From Alphaproteobacteria bacterium (lineage in GTDB: Bacteria > Pseudomonadota > Alphaproteobacteria > Rs-D84 > SZUA-605): 64,000 nucleotides of DNA. Below are positions 41,587 through 52,007 of this stretch, piece after piece. The position numbers and the translations under genes were made by a program. Each line of letters opens with the position of its first letter. The first letter of the stretch is position 1. The stretch spans positions 1 to 64,000 of the forward strand of contig JAVBPW010000001.1 in NCBI GenBank assembly GCA_031549385.1, read 5' to 3'. The notes beneath the pieces are model-generated. The model searched no databases, was not told where the DNA came from, and saw only the letters and a program-made list of their open reading frames with translations.

Positions 41587-41858
41587 ATTATTGATTTTTA
41601 AGTTTGACTTTTAAATATTTAGCTGATTTATGACATAGAATATTAGGATTGTCAATTACCCATCCTACTGATTCGTTAAAATTAACCTTTCAAGACCATA
41701 TTTTAACCTATTTTAAATCCCTAAAGTGAAAATTTTTGATATTTAAATCTTTGATTTTCGACTATTTTAAAATTTATTTACATTTTATATCTTTTTTATT
41801 GACAAATAACTATTACATATATAATATGTCAATCATAAAATAATAAGGAGTAACGAAT

Positions 41859-42527
41859 ATGACACAAGTTAACCAAATTACTACTGATAGTAAATATAAG
41901 ACTTATAACATCTTATTGTTAGTGTCTGTGCTTGCACTTTTAGTTTTGTACTTATTTGTACAATCTAATAAGCCTATCAATAAAGTAGTTAAACCAAATA
42001 ATATTTTTGTAACTAAAACTTCACCAACTGCACCTACTGAAGATATAGATGCTAATAAAGATATTGAAGCTCAAGACAAATTAATTGGAGCTCTTGTTGG
42101 TAAAAATGAACCAGTTAAACCTGTAGTTGAAGAAGTTAAAGAAATTGCAGAAGTAAAACCTGTTGCACCTAAGGTAGTAGAACAACCTAAAACAACTGTT
42201 AGAATTAACAGAAAAATAGTAATTCTTGACTTCGGTAAAAAAGAAGAAGGTAGAACCGTTATACCTGGAGATTATGTAGTTTCTAAAGGATCAAAAAATA
42301 TCTTAAGAGAAAATACTACAGTTAAAGGAAATCTTTATATAGTTAATATCGCTTCTAACTTTAAACTTCCTAAAGGATTACGAGTTGAAGGACATATATA
42401 TATGAAAAATGCTAAAGCTGTTAGATTAAATGAAGATCTTTTACTAGATGGAAATATTTATGTGTATGAAAGTGCTATATTACCTGTTGCTGAAACAGCT
42501 AAGATAGGTGGACAAATCATACTTTAA
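41859..42527 (+). CDS. Membrane-anchored hypothetical protein with C-terminal beta-repeat domain
   Basis: TTGACA...TATAAT promoter, AAGGAG RBS, one TM helix, VKGNLYI/VEGHIY/LDGNIY repeats. Confidence 0.75.
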   Translation: MTQVNQITTDSKYKTYNILLLVSVLALLVLYLFVQSNKPINKVVKPNNIFVTKTSPTAPTEDIDANKDIEAQDKLIGALVGKNEPVKPVVEEVKEIAEVKPVAPKVVEQPKTTVRINRKIVILDFGKKEEGRTVIPGDYVVSKGSKNILRENTTVKGNLYIVNIASNFKLPKGLRVEGHIYMKNAKAVRLNEDLLLDGNIYVYESAILPVAETAKIGGQIIL

Positions 42528-42531
42528 AGGT

Positions 42532-42634
42532 TTCGACCTTCGGTCGAATAGGGTTTGTTGGCTCCCTCCTTATTTTCTCTCTCCTCTTAAACCAACAAAC
42601 CTGAACTTGGCTCCGTGCAATGCGGGGCCATTTT
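42532..42634 (+). ncRNA. Candidate 3'UTR-derived sRNA with CU-rich anti-SD loop
   Basis: Hairpin TTCGAC/GTCGAA; 10-bp stem GGTTTGTTGG/CCAACAAACC with 30-nt pyrimidine-rich loop; terminator hairpin. Confidence 0.6.
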
Positions 42635-42819
42635 CATTCAAACTTGAAGCTGTATACTTATTCTTTTTCAATAGTTTTAATAAAGTTGTAGCAAATGCAA
42701 TTCAAAGATTTGAAAAGGAAAATCCATATAATGTAGTATCTTATTCAATTATGTGGGAGTAATAACAAAATTAAAAAACGCTGGTATAACCCAGCGTTTT
42801 TGTTTTCTCTTCCAACCTA

Positions 42820-43455
42820 TTACTGTCTTGAGTAGAATTCGATAACCATATGTGGTTCCATTTGTACTGGATATGGAACTTCTTCCAATGTTGGTACATG
42901 TGCATATGTAGCTTCAAATTTATTTAAATCTACTGCTACATATTCACAGAAATCACGTTCTGGTGATGATAATGCTGTTAATACAAAAGGAATATTTCTT
43001 GCTTTATCCTTTAATGTAATAATATCACCTGCTTTACATTGGTATGAACCAATTGTTACTCTTTTGCCGTTTACTAATATATGACCGTGTGATACTAATT
43101 GTCTTGCAGAGAATACTGTTACTGCAAATTTTGCACGGTATACTATTACGTCTAATCTTGATTCTAATGAAGCAATTAAATTTGCAACTGTATCACCTGA
43201 TTTAGCTGCAGCTTCTTTGTAATATCTTAAGAACTTTTTTTCTGTGATATTACCATAATATGCTTTAATTCTTTGTTTTGCTTGTAACTGCTTACCATAA
43301 TCAGTTAACTTGTTTCTTAATGTTTGACCATGTTGGCCTAAACCATAAGGTCTTTTATTTACTGGAGATTTAGCACGTCCCCATAGGTTTATTTTTTGAC
43401 GTCTGTCAATTCTGTGTTTTTGAGCGTGAATTCTTCCGCTGTTTACTTTTGCCAT
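42820..43455 (-). CDS. rpsD: 30S ribosomal protein S4
   Basis: GQHG, YG.QL.AKQ, LESRLD, ARQLVSHGH, EFYSR. Confidence 0.97.
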   Translation of the reverse strand: MAKVNSGRIHAQKHRIDRRQKINLWGRAKSPVNKRPYGLGQHGQTLRNKLTDYGKQLQAKQRIKAYYGNITEKKFLRYYKEAAAKSGDTVANLIASLESRLDVIVYRAKFAVTVFSARQLVSHGHILVNGKRVTIGSYQCKAGDIITLKDKARNIPFVLTALSSPERDFCEYVAVDLNKFEATYAHVPTLEEVPYPVQMEPHMVIEFYSRQ

Positions 43456-43692
43456 AGCAAATTTCCTTTGTTTAGTCAGTTTCGCCCGGTATTCCCATTA
43501 ATTCAGGTGAGACGCCTTATGAAAAGCTGTTGATAAGCTTTGTTTAATCAGGTCTACATTCCCAGACATTGCTGAGGATTTTATTTTATTCTTTAGAAAA
43601 TGTCAACAGTTTTGATATTTTCCTTGAAATTTTTGAATTATTGTCTTATAAAGTAGACAAACAAATAAATTTCAAACTTAAATAAAAATAAT

Positions 43693-44811
43693 ATGAATAT
43701 CGTAGAAGGAAAGACAAAACGTATTGTTCCTATGGGAACAGTTGATGGTAAAGAAGTTGTAGCTTTTGAGCAACTCGGCCGGTCGGTAAATGCCGATGGA
43801 ACAACAGTAACAGAAAGCGAAAAAAACGTGTCTGACACGTTAATATCAAGTTTGGTTTCACAAAACCATAACATGTTTTCACTTTTGAATAACTTAGGAG
43901 TTCCAACAACCTACCTTGGCCGGGGTGAACAAACCCCCCTTATACTGTTGCATGAAAGGTGTGAACCTTTGGCATTGGAATTTGTGGTACGGTTTGCTGT
44001 TTGCAATGCATCGTCTATCATTTACAGGGAACCGGAAAGATATGGAAAGAAATTGTACGATGGAACTTTTTCGTCGACTGAAGCTGATCCTAAATTCTTC
44101 AATGAAAAAGGACAGGTGATTCTTTTTAAAAAACCTGTTGTTGAAACATTTCACAAAAAATGTCTCATAGAAAAGCCGGACGGAAGTATCGACTTGATTT
44201 TCGAAAGCGAAGCAAAAAAGGACCCCCGTTATTTCAAAGATGGAAAAATGACTCCGTTTATGCATGAAGACCCATTATTGTTTACTGACGGTTCAGATTG
44301 GTTAGTTTTTGACCAAAAAAAACCGCTTAGCCAACAAGGATATCTGGCAGTTATTGATCGCGAAAATCAAATACTGATGGATAAAAACTACAGGCCAATG
44401 CGGGAGCTTGAAGATTATGAATGTATTTCTCCAGGAGTAGAACATATTCTTCAAACCAGAACAGTTAAAACTTTGAGCTCAATTCAAGCTGCGTGCAAAA
44501 ATACCAGCTTTAAAAAAGCCGAATTTGTTGATGGTAAAATCGTTTTCGATGGCGTCATGGAGACACCTGTAATAATCGATGGAAAATTGGAATATGGCAA
44601 ACTTGCCAATAAGACATTCAGTTTAACGGATGACCTTGTTTCCGATAATATGCGATGGGCATTTGGTGGTTATCCACAAATATCTCTGAAACGATTATTC
44701 CAAAACTACGAAAGCTTGGAGCAAAAGCTTCTTGTAGCTGCAATGGTTGCGGAAGGCACAAAAAATTGGCCGACTGTAGAATTCGCAAAGAATATGGTGC
44801 CAATTTATTAA
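43693..44811 (+). CDS. Highly divergent SAICAR synthetase (PurC)-like protein
   Basis: EGKTK, GVPTTY, LEFVVR, P.VETFHK, EDP, IDGKLEYG, D....DNMR. Confidence 0.6.
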   Translation: MNIVEGKTKRIVPMGTVDGKEVVAFEQLGRSVNADGTTVTESEKNVSDTLISSLVSQNHNMFSLLNNLGVPTTYLGRGEQTPLILLHERCEPLALEFVVRFAVCNASSIIYREPERYGKKLYDGTFSSTEADPKFFNEKGQVILFKKPVVETFHKKCLIEKPDGSIDLIFESEAKKDPRYFKDGKMTPFMHEDPLLFTDGSDWLVFDQKKPLSQQGYLAVIDRENQILMDKNYRPMRELEDYECISPGVEHILQTRTVKTLSSIQAACKNTSFKKAEFVDGKIVFDGVMETPVIIDGKLEYGKLANKTFSLTDDLVSDNMRWAFGGYPQISLKRLFQNYESLEQKLLVAAMVAEGTKNWPTVEFAKNMVPIY

Positions 44812-44856
44812 ACTGATATTCTGTATTAAAGTAGAAGCCCTGAAAAGGGCTTCTTT

Positions 44857-45177
44857 TTATTTTTCTGCTTTTCCCATTATATGTAAATGCAAATGCGGAA
44901 CTTCTTCACCATGGAAAAAATATTTTACTGGTTGAACCAAATTTAACATGTTTGAAATTTCTAATGCTTTGTCAAAAAATGCTTTGAATTCTTTTGCGTC
45001 TGTTTTACTTATAAAGTCTGCTAAATTTATATAAGGCTTCTTTGTTATTAGTAATACATGAATATCATCTTTTGGGTCTGTTGACTTAAAACATAGATAA
45101 TTATCATCTTCATAAATTCTTTTTGATGGAATTTCATCTCTTAATATTTTTGCAAAGACATTATTTTTATCATACAT
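44857..45177 (-). CDS. HIT-family nucleotide hydrolase
   Basis: NVFAKIL..EIP, VPHLHLHI. Confidence 0.9.
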   Translation of the reverse strand: MYDKNNVFAKILRDEIPSKRIYEDDNYLCFKSTDPKDDIHVLLITKKPYINLADFISKTDAKEFKAFFDKALEISNMLNLVQPVKYFFHGEEVPHLHLHIMGKAEK

Positions 45178-45305
45178 AATTTCGCTCCTTTTTTATCTTA
45201 TAATATTAAAATAAAAAATGTTAGAAATCAAGAAATTCAATTGTTTCCTTGAAAATTTAAAATTTTTCTTTATAATATACATATAACAAATAGAGGACTA
45301 AATTC

Positions 45306-45716
45306 ATGCCAGATTCAAAAAATATTCCTAACCCAATTGATATTTATGTTGGGAGCAGAATGAAGGTTCGAAGACAAATGCTTAAAATGAACCAAGACCA
45401 CTTAGCTAATTTGGTTGGAGTTACTTTTCAACAAATTCAAAAATATGAAGCAGGTTTAAACAGAATTAGCGCATCAAAATTATTTATGGTGGCTAATGCT
45501 TTGGAAGTTCCTGTAAACTTTTTCTTTGATGGGTTTAAAAGTGATGATACAAATATTAACACACATCAACAAACTGATAACTCTTATCAAGTGGCAGAAA
45601 ACAAAGACCCTCTTTTAGATACTCAAACTATCAAATTAATCAATGCTTATTGGAAGCTTGATGACGATGCTCGACAAAAAATCTTTGACTTTATCGTAGT
45701 TATGGGAAAGAAATGA
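45306..45716 (+). CDS. XRE-family HTH regulator
   Basis: [27 protein letters not shown]. Confidence 0.9.
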   Translation: MPDSKNIPNPIDIYVGSRMKVRRQMLKMNQDHLANLVGVTFQQIQKYEAGLNRISASKLFMVANALEVPVNFFFDGFKSDDTNINTHQQTDNSYQVAENKDPLLDTQTIKLINAYWKLDDDARQKIFDFIVVMGKK

Positions 45717-46147
45717 AATATAAACTAGACATCTATACCGATGGCGCCTGTAGTGGCAACCCTGGAAAAGGTGGTTGGGGAGCTATTATAATGATGGGAG
45801 ATTGTTTGAAAGAACTTTCTGGCTTTAATCATGAGACTACTAATAATCAAATGGAAATGACCGCCGTTATTAAAGCTCTTAAGGCTATTAAAGAACCCGT
45901 TGAGGCTACTATTACAACTGACTCAAAATATGTTATTGATGGATTTACTAAATGGCTTCCTAATTGGAAAAAAAATAGCTGGAAAACAGCTGATAAAAAA
46001 CCTGTTAAAAATAAAGAACTTTGGGTTGAATTAGACGAACTTTCATCAAAACATAAAATTGATTGGAAGTGGATAAAGGGTCATGCTGGACATGAATTCA
46101 ATGAACGTTGCGATTATTTAGCTCGCAAACAAATCGAAGAAAATTAA
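45713..46147 (+). CDS. rnhA: Ribonuclease HI
   Basis: [37 protein letters not shown]. Confidence 0.97.
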   Translation: MKYKLDIYTDGACSGNPGKGGWGAIIMMGDCLKELSGFNHETTNNQMEMTAVIKALKAIKEPVEATITTDSKYVIDGFTKWLPNWKKNSWKTADKKPVKNKELWVELDELSSKHKIDWKWIKGHAGHEFNERCDYLARKQIEEN

Positions 46148-46159
46148 AATTAAAATTAA

Positions 46160-46444
46160 CTAATTTGATGATTTATAAAGTTGTGTAGATTTTTGTGAAT
46201 CCACATTAATTTTGTCGAGAGTTATTGTACCTTCCCAACCTGCTACTTTTTTGCCATTTACATAGCAACCTGTTTGCTCTTTTTGTTTTGAAATCTTTTT
46301 ATTAGCATTACCTGACATAATTACATTTGCTATACCACCAAGAGCCGCTCCACCAACTGCAGCACCGCCTAGTACACCTCCAACCTGTGCACTGGCAGTA
46401 CCACTAATAAGAATAATAGATAAAACTATTATCAATTTTTTCAT
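46160..46444 (-). CDS. Small secreted glycine-zipper protein
   Basis: Signal peptide then GGVLGGAAVGGAALGG. Confidence 0.7.
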   Translation of the reverse strand: MKKLIIVLSIILISGTASAQVGGVLGGAAVGGAALGGIANVIMSGNANKKISKQKEQTGCYVNGKKVAGWEGTITLDKINVDSQKSTQLYKSSN

Positions 46445-46451
46445 TGGTTAT

Positions 46452-46700
46452 TTATTCTCCAACTGGTTCATCATCGTAATAAATGAATTCATCTTCACTT
46501 GTTACGTTTCCGTCTGTATCTTCATACTCATAATGAGATTGGTATGTTGAGTTTTCTGGGTTTTGTAAATCAATTTCTTCATCAACTTCATATACTTCTG
46601 TGATTTGTGATTGATCTATTGGTTCATCATAATCGTATTGAGCGATTGATGCGCCTGATGCCAATAATAAAACTGCAACCAATAATAATAGTTTCTTCAT
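46452..46700 (-). CDS. Small acidic secreted protein
   Basis: AGGAGG RBS before MKKLLLL; signal peptide; D/E/Y-rich. Confidence 0.7.
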   Translation of the reverse strand: MKKLLLLVAVLLLASGASIAQYDYDEPIDQSQITEVYEVDEEIDLQNPENSTYQSHYEYEDTDGNVTSEDEFIYYDDEPVGE

Positions 46701-46760
46701 ATTAAAATCCTCCTGATGCGCAAAGTATATCACAATTTTGAATACTTAGCAAATTATTTT

Positions 46761-47375
46761 TTAAAATCTTATCTTTGCCATTACTGTAAATACATTGCTT
46801 TGAACACCTATATTATTAGCTTTATAATGTAAATATCTTCCTTCTAAACCTAGGCGACCCAAAAATGGAAATTCAAATTCAAGACCTAAGATACCTTGAT
46901 AGCCTGTCGATTGATTAGAGCTTAGTGAAAGACCCATATCTTTATCTGTTATGTCTGTTTCAAGCATTCCTATACCAAAACCAAGATAAGGAGATAGTTC
47001 CCATGTTGGCATTTGCATATATATATTTAACATTACACCTTGGTTTACCGCCGTTGTTGAATGTTCGCTTTTTACTCCTGATTGAACTCTTAAGTATTCT
47101 ACTTCAAATCTTCCAAAGTCTATGAAAAAAGGTTGATAACCTATTGCCAAAGAATATGTTGCACCCCCTGCTTTTGCATCTGCTTTTTGACCTGGAATTA
47201 AGGGTTCATATTTATCACTTATTTTATAATTACCACCTATTGTTGAACCTATACCAAATGCAGAATAAAAACCACGTGGCTCTTTTGACTTTTCATCATC
47301 TGAAGCAAACGATGCTGTTGAAATTGAACCTAATAAAATTGATATTATTGATAACGATAGAAGTGTTTTTTTCAT
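46761..47375 (-). CDS. Eight-stranded outer-membrane beta-barrel protein
   Basis: Signal peptide, RFEVEY, PYLGFGIG, YQGILG, terminal Phe. Confidence 0.8.
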   Translation of the reverse strand: MKKTLLSLSIISILLGSISTASFASDDEKSKEPRGFYSAFGIGSTIGGNYKISDKYEPLIPGQKADAKAGGATYSLAIGYQPFFIDFGRFEVEYLRVQSGVKSEHSTTAVNQGVMLNIYMQMPTWELSPYLGFGIGMLETDITDKDMGLSLSSNQSTGYQGILGLEFEFPFLGRLGLEGRYLHYKANNIGVQSNVFTVMAKIRF

Positions 47376-47501
47376 GGCATTTCCTTTTTAATTGTTCTTA
47401 CCATTGTACCTTGAATCATAATTCTTTTCAATAGCGCAAGATTATGCCTTGTATTTTAAAAATAAATTTTGTAAAATCTGCGTTAATTATAAGGATATAT
47501 T

Positions 47502-49955
47502 ATGGAAAAGAAAAAATTTAATTTTTGGAGATTTTTATTTAAAAGTATTTTTTATGTTACTTTTATTATATTTTTAGCAACTGTATTTTTGTTTTTTAAA
47601 TATGGTACTAATTTACCTAATTACGAACAACTAGCAAATTATAAACCATCACTTTCATCTCGTTTCTTTGCAAAAGATGGATCTTTGCTTACTGAATATG
47701 CTGCAGAAAAAAGAATTTATATGGAATTAAAAGAAATTCCTCAAAACGTTATTGATGCTTTTATTTCTGCTGAAGATAAAAATTTTTATTCACATTCTGG
47801 TGTAGATTTTACTGGTCTTGCTAGAGCTATGCTTGGTAACATTAAGAATGTTCTTTCTGGTTCAAAAAAACGACCTACTGGAGCTTCTACTATTACTCAA
47901 CAGGTTTCTAAAAACTTCTTTTTAAGTTCTGACCTTTCTGTTGGACGTAAAATTAAAGAAATGATTCTATCTTTGAAAATAGAACGTACTTTTACTAAAG
48001 ACCATATCTTAACACTTTATTTAAATAAAATTTATCTTGGTTATTATTCTTATGGAGTTGCTGCTGCTGCTCATAATTACTTTGATAAATCTTTAGATCA
48101 ATTAACTTTAGGCGAAGCTGCATTCTTGGCTGCTCTTCCTAAAGCTCCTAATAATTATAATCCTATTTCAAATAAAGACAGAGCTATTGAACGTCGTAAT
48201 TGGGTTTTATGGAGAATGTTGAAAAATAAAAAAATTAATGATGAACAATATAATACTGCCCTTGCTGAAGATTTAGTTGTTTCAAGTAAATTTAATAATA
48301 ATTTACATTTTTACTCAATGTATTTTGCAGAAGAAGTTAGAAAAACTGTGTCTGAACAATTTTCTAATGATATTTTATATCAAGAAGGATTTTCTGTATT
48401 TACTACTATGGATCCAGAAATTCAAAAACTTGCAACTGTTGCTCTTAAAAATGGTATCGTTAATTATGACAGAAACAATGGATACAGAGGTCCTCTTGGA
48501 ACTATGAAAGACGTTTCAGAATGGAGAAGAAGTTTAGTTAATGATTTTTCTAAACCTGCTGGAATTCCTAAAACTTGGGAAATGGCTGTTGTGTTAAATG
48601 TTACAAATGAAGAAGCTGAAATTGGTTTAGAAAATAATTCTAAAGGTGTTATTCCTGTTAAAAATCTTGGTTGGGCAAGAAAGAATTTGAAAGATCAAAG
48701 ACTTGGTGAAGAAATTAAATCTGCTAGACAAGTGTTAAAAGTTGGTGATGTTATCTTAGTTGAAAATGATAAAGAAAACTCATACAAACTTACACAAAAT
48801 CCTAATGTAAATGGAGCTATGATTGTTATGGACCCATATACTGGAAAAGTTTTTGCTATGGTTGGTGGATATGCTTTTGAACAATCTAAATTCAACAGAG
48901 TTACACAAGCTCAACGTCAAGTTGGTTCTATTATAAAACCATTCATTTATTTGACTGCTTTGCAAAAAGATGAATATACTCCATTTACGATTTTATTAGA
49001 CGCTCCTGTTGTTATGGACAGAGGTGAAGATGAAGGTCTTTGGAAACCTGAAAATTATGAAAAAAATTTCAGAGGTAATTTAACTCTAAGATCAGCACTT
49101 GAATTATCACGTAACTCCCCTACTATCCGTTTGGCTCAAGAATTAGGTATTAGTGAAATTAGTGATACTTTTAGAAAGTTTGGAATCTATAACCGTGATA
49201 TGACTAAGAGTGGGCTTTCTATTGCTCTTGGAAGTGGTGAAACAACTTTAATTAAAATGGCTGGTGCATTTTCTACATTTGCTAATGGAGGATATAAAAT
49301 TACTCCTTACTATATTGAAAAAGTTCAAGACAGAAATGGAAAAAACATCTATAAAAATGAAACTAGAGAATGTGATGTTTGCAGATCTTCTGTTTTAAAT
49401 AATAGTCAAACACCTGCTATAACAGATAATCGTGAAGTTATTCTTGATCCTCAAACTAACTATCAAATTATATCTATATTAAAAGGTGTGATTGAAAGAG
49501 GGTCTGGAACAAGAGCTTTTATTCCTGGTGCTTATTTAGCAGGAAAAACAGGAACATCTTCTGACTTTAAAGATGCTTGGTTTGTAGGATTTTCTGACAA
49601 CTTACTTGTTGGTATTTATATCGGATTTGATAAACCTTCTTCTCTTGGAAATTATGGAAGCGGTGGATTAGTTGCTGCGCCTATATTTAAAGAATTTATG
49701 GAACAAGCTTTGAAAATGTATCCTTCAAAAGATTTCAAAGTGCCAGATGGAATTACATTCATAAGATTGAATAAACAAACTGGAAACTATGCTGAACCAG
49801 GTGACGAATCTGTTATAGTTGAAGCTGTTAAAGATTCCCAAATGAACAAGATTCAAAAGTCTAGTGAAGTACAACCTGAAGAAGAACATATTATAAGAGG
49901 AAAAGGCGTTAAAGTAGAACAAAACTATGACGCAGATATTGGCGGACTTTATTAA
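47502..49955 (+). CDS. mrcA: Penicillin-binding protein 1A
   Basis: EDKNFYSH.G, GASTITQQ, SIIK, SRN, KTGT. Confidence 0.93.
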   Translation: MEKKKFNFWRFLFKSIFYVTFIIFLATVFLFFKYGTNLPNYEQLANYKPSLSSRFFAKDGSLLTEYAAEKRIYMELKEIPQNVIDAFISAEDKNFYSHSGVDFTGLARAMLGNIKNVLSGSKKRPTGASTITQQVSKNFFLSSDLSVGRKIKEMILSLKIERTFTKDHILTLYLNKIYLGYYSYGVAAAAHNYFDKSLDQLTLGEAAFLAALPKAPNNYNPISNKDRAIERRNWVLWRMLKNKKINDEQYNTALAEDLVVSSKFNNNLHFYSMYFAEEVRKTVSEQFSNDILYQEGFSVFTTMDPEIQKLATVALKNGIVNYDRNNGYRGPLGTMKDVSEWRRSLVNDFSKPAGIPKTWEMAVVLNVTNEEAEIGLENNSKGVIPVKNLGWARKNLKDQRLGEEIKSARQVLKVGDVILVENDKENSYKLTQNPNVNGAMIVMDPYTGKVFAMVGGYAFEQSKFNRVTQAQRQVGSIIKPFIYLTALQKDEYTPFTILLDAPVVMDRGEDEGLWKPENYEKNFRGNLTLRSALELSRNSPTIRLAQELGISEISDTFRKFGIYNRDMTKSGLSIALGSGETTLIKMAGAFSTFANGGYKITPYYIEKVQDRNGKNIYKNETRECDVCRSSVLNNSQTPAITDNREVILDPQTNYQIISILKGVIERGSGTRAFIPGAYLAGKTGTSSDFKDAWFVGFSDNLLVGIYIGFDKPSSLGNYGSGGLVAAPIFKEFMEQALKMYPSKDFKVPDGITFIRLNKQTGNYAEPGDESVIVEAVKDSQMNKIQKSSEVQPEEEHIIRGKGVKVEQNYDADIGGLY

Positions 49956-50548
49956 TGAAAAAAATTAATTTGGCTGTTTATGATTTCGACGGAACTTTAG
50001 TACCTTTTGAAACTCAATCAAAAATATTATCTTTTGCAATTAAAAAGAATCCTTCAAAGATTCTTTTTTTACCTTATGTGTTAATATGTTTTGTTTTATA
50101 TTTGCTAAAAATTGTTAATGAAACTTATATGAAAAGTTTGGTATTAAAATTCTTAAATAAAAAACTTATAAAAGAATTCTGGCAAACACATGAAAAATAT
50201 CTTTTTAATTGGGTAAAGACAAAATTTGCTCAAGATAAAAAAGATGGAAAAGAGGTTTTTGTTATTTCTGCTTCTCCTGAAAATGTTTTGAAAGATTTTG
50301 TTATGAGAATCGGGGCTGATTATTTTATTGGAACACCTGTTTCAAAAGATGGAAAACGAATCATTGGAAAAAATTGCAAAGGAGTTCAAAAAATTGTATA
50401 CTTAAACAAATGGGCTGAAGAGAATCATCTTGATACTGTTATTGAATCTATGTATTCAGATTCTAAAAATGATTTACCTTTAATGAGATTAGCTAAAATC
50501 TCTTTCTGGGTTGATACTTCAGGAAATTTGAAGAAGTTTAACAAATAA
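49955..50548 (+). CDS. HAD-IB family hydrolase
   Basis: DFDGTL, ISAS, K, YSDS..D. Confidence 0.85.
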   Translation: MKKINLAVYDFDGTLVPFETQSKILSFAIKKNPSKILFLPYVLICFVLYLLKIVNETYMKSLVLKFLNKKLIKEFWQTHEKYLFNWVKTKFAQDKKDGKEVFVISASPENVLKDFVMRIGADYFIGTPVSKDGKRIIGKNCKGVQKIVYLNKWAEENHLDTVIESMYSDSKNDLPLMRLAKISFWVDTSGNLKKFNK

Positions 50549-50560
50549 AAAAGAGAGATT

Positions 50561-51436
50561 ATGCTATTTTTAAAACTTTTTTCTTCTGGGAAACAAAGTA
50601 ATAGCTTGGACGAAAAAAAAATCAAAAAAGAAATAAGATTTATTTTAAATAAAGCTGATGCACTTAGACCTGCATTTACAAAATATATAAAAGAGAATAT
50701 GGCTAAAGGACTGTCTTATGATATTGGCCCGACCAAAACTTTTGCTAGATCTTTTGAAAAAGTTATCAAAGAAAAAGGCGGTAATGTTTCTCGATTGAAA
50801 GATTCTTATCGTGGTGCTATTTATTTTGATACTCTTGAACAACTTTATTCTTTCATAGATAGATTAGTTAAATATCAAAATAAAGATTTTGAAATTATCC
50901 ATATTGAAGATTCTTTTTATCCTATTGTGGTAAGTGGAAATATTAAAATTCATCATGCACAAGCTGAGCTTACCTCAAGATTATATAGAGATATAAAAAT
51001 TATTGTTAATAGTAAAAAATGGAATATTCCAGGGGAAATTCAACTTCATTTTAATCAATATGTAACTGTGAAAGATGAAACTTATAGACTTTATGGAAAA
51101 GAAAGAGAATATATTTCTCAACTTAAACAAGGTTTCTTAAATGATGGAAGAAATATAAGAATTTTTAGAAAAATGATGAGATATAAAAAACAAACTATTG
51201 CTCTGAATGAACTTGCTATTATTAAATATAATTTAATTTCAAAAGATATTGAGTTTATGAAAACTAAAGATGTTGTTTATCTTTATATGAAGAAAAATAA
51301 AATTACCGATTATGATTATGCTCTTTATGAAATTATTGTTTCACGTACTGTTAAAGAATTAAAGTTTCGAAAGAATTTTTATTTGAAACAATTTTATAAA
51401 TATGATCTTGATTTTATAAAAGCTGTAATTTCTTAA
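50561..51436 (+). CDS. RelA/SpoT-type nucleotidyltransferase-domain protein
   Basis: K...R..EK, LKD..RG.I, YRDI, EIQLH motifs. Confidence 0.6.
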   Translation: MLFLKLFSSGKQSNSLDEKKIKKEIRFILNKADALRPAFTKYIKENMAKGLSYDIGPTKTFARSFEKVIKEKGGNVSRLKDSYRGAIYFDTLEQLYSFIDRLVKYQNKDFEIIHIEDSFYPIVVSGNIKIHHAQAELTSRLYRDIKIIVNSKKWNIPGEIQLHFNQYVTVKDETYRLYGKEREYISQLKQGFLNDGRNIRIFRKMMRYKKQTIALNELAIIKYNLISKDIEFMKTKDVVYLYMKKNKITDYDYALYEIIVSRTVKELKFRKNFYLKQFYKYDLDFIKAVIS

Positions 51437-51512
51437 AAAATAGAGCCCTCATCGCGAGGGCTCATGTTTTCAGTTAACACTACAACTTTATTGCATATTT
51501 TGCCAACTCTGG

Positions 51513-51677
51513 TCACTTAAAACCAACAGGGAACTTTGGCATCGTTTGCGCTTTTGACTTATTGGTTGCGGGAATATGCGAACCCGCGCTGGATGTGTGT
51601 GCCGTAAACGGCGATGAAGGAGAAAACACCTTCGGGATATCCAGGAACCAATTTAGCCATTTTATGACTTTGTGCAT
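51513..51677 (-). CDS. Possible 54-aa small protein MHKVIKWLNWF... (array unit A)
   Basis: Lies between TTGACT-N17-TAATTT (51737..51709) and terminator 51443..51463; AAACTTAA leader. Confidence 0.4.
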   Translation of the reverse strand: MHKVIKWLNWFLDIPKVFSPSSPFTAHTSSAGSHIPATNKSKAQTMPKFPVGFK

Positions 51678-51743
51678 TTATATTTTTATTTTTTAAGTTT
51701 GTCATATCAAATTAGCAAATAATTATTTTGAAGTCAATAGGAT

Positions 51744-51966
51744 AAAAAAATGCCCCGCTATCTCTCGATAGTTATGGGGGCAAATATATCTACACAGAAC
51801 TAATGATTTAATTCACTACTGCCAATAATCACAGCTACGTGAAGCCTGATGAAAAAAGCCTGAACATAATGTTAACTGGTTAAGTTTGTAACTTGATTCT
51901 TAGAGCTTTCTTTTAGTCCCCTCCAAAGGACGTTTGATTTTTTAAATAAAAAAGTTTTTAACGTGA
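51744..51966 (-). ncRNA. Candidate small transcript, array unit B
   Basis: TTGATT-N17-TATATT (52001..51973); terminator 51752..51781; only a 10-codon ATG ORF found. Confidence 0.5.
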
Positions 51967-52007
51967 GTTATCAATATAAATTTGTTTTATCTTTAAATCA
52001 AGCAAAT

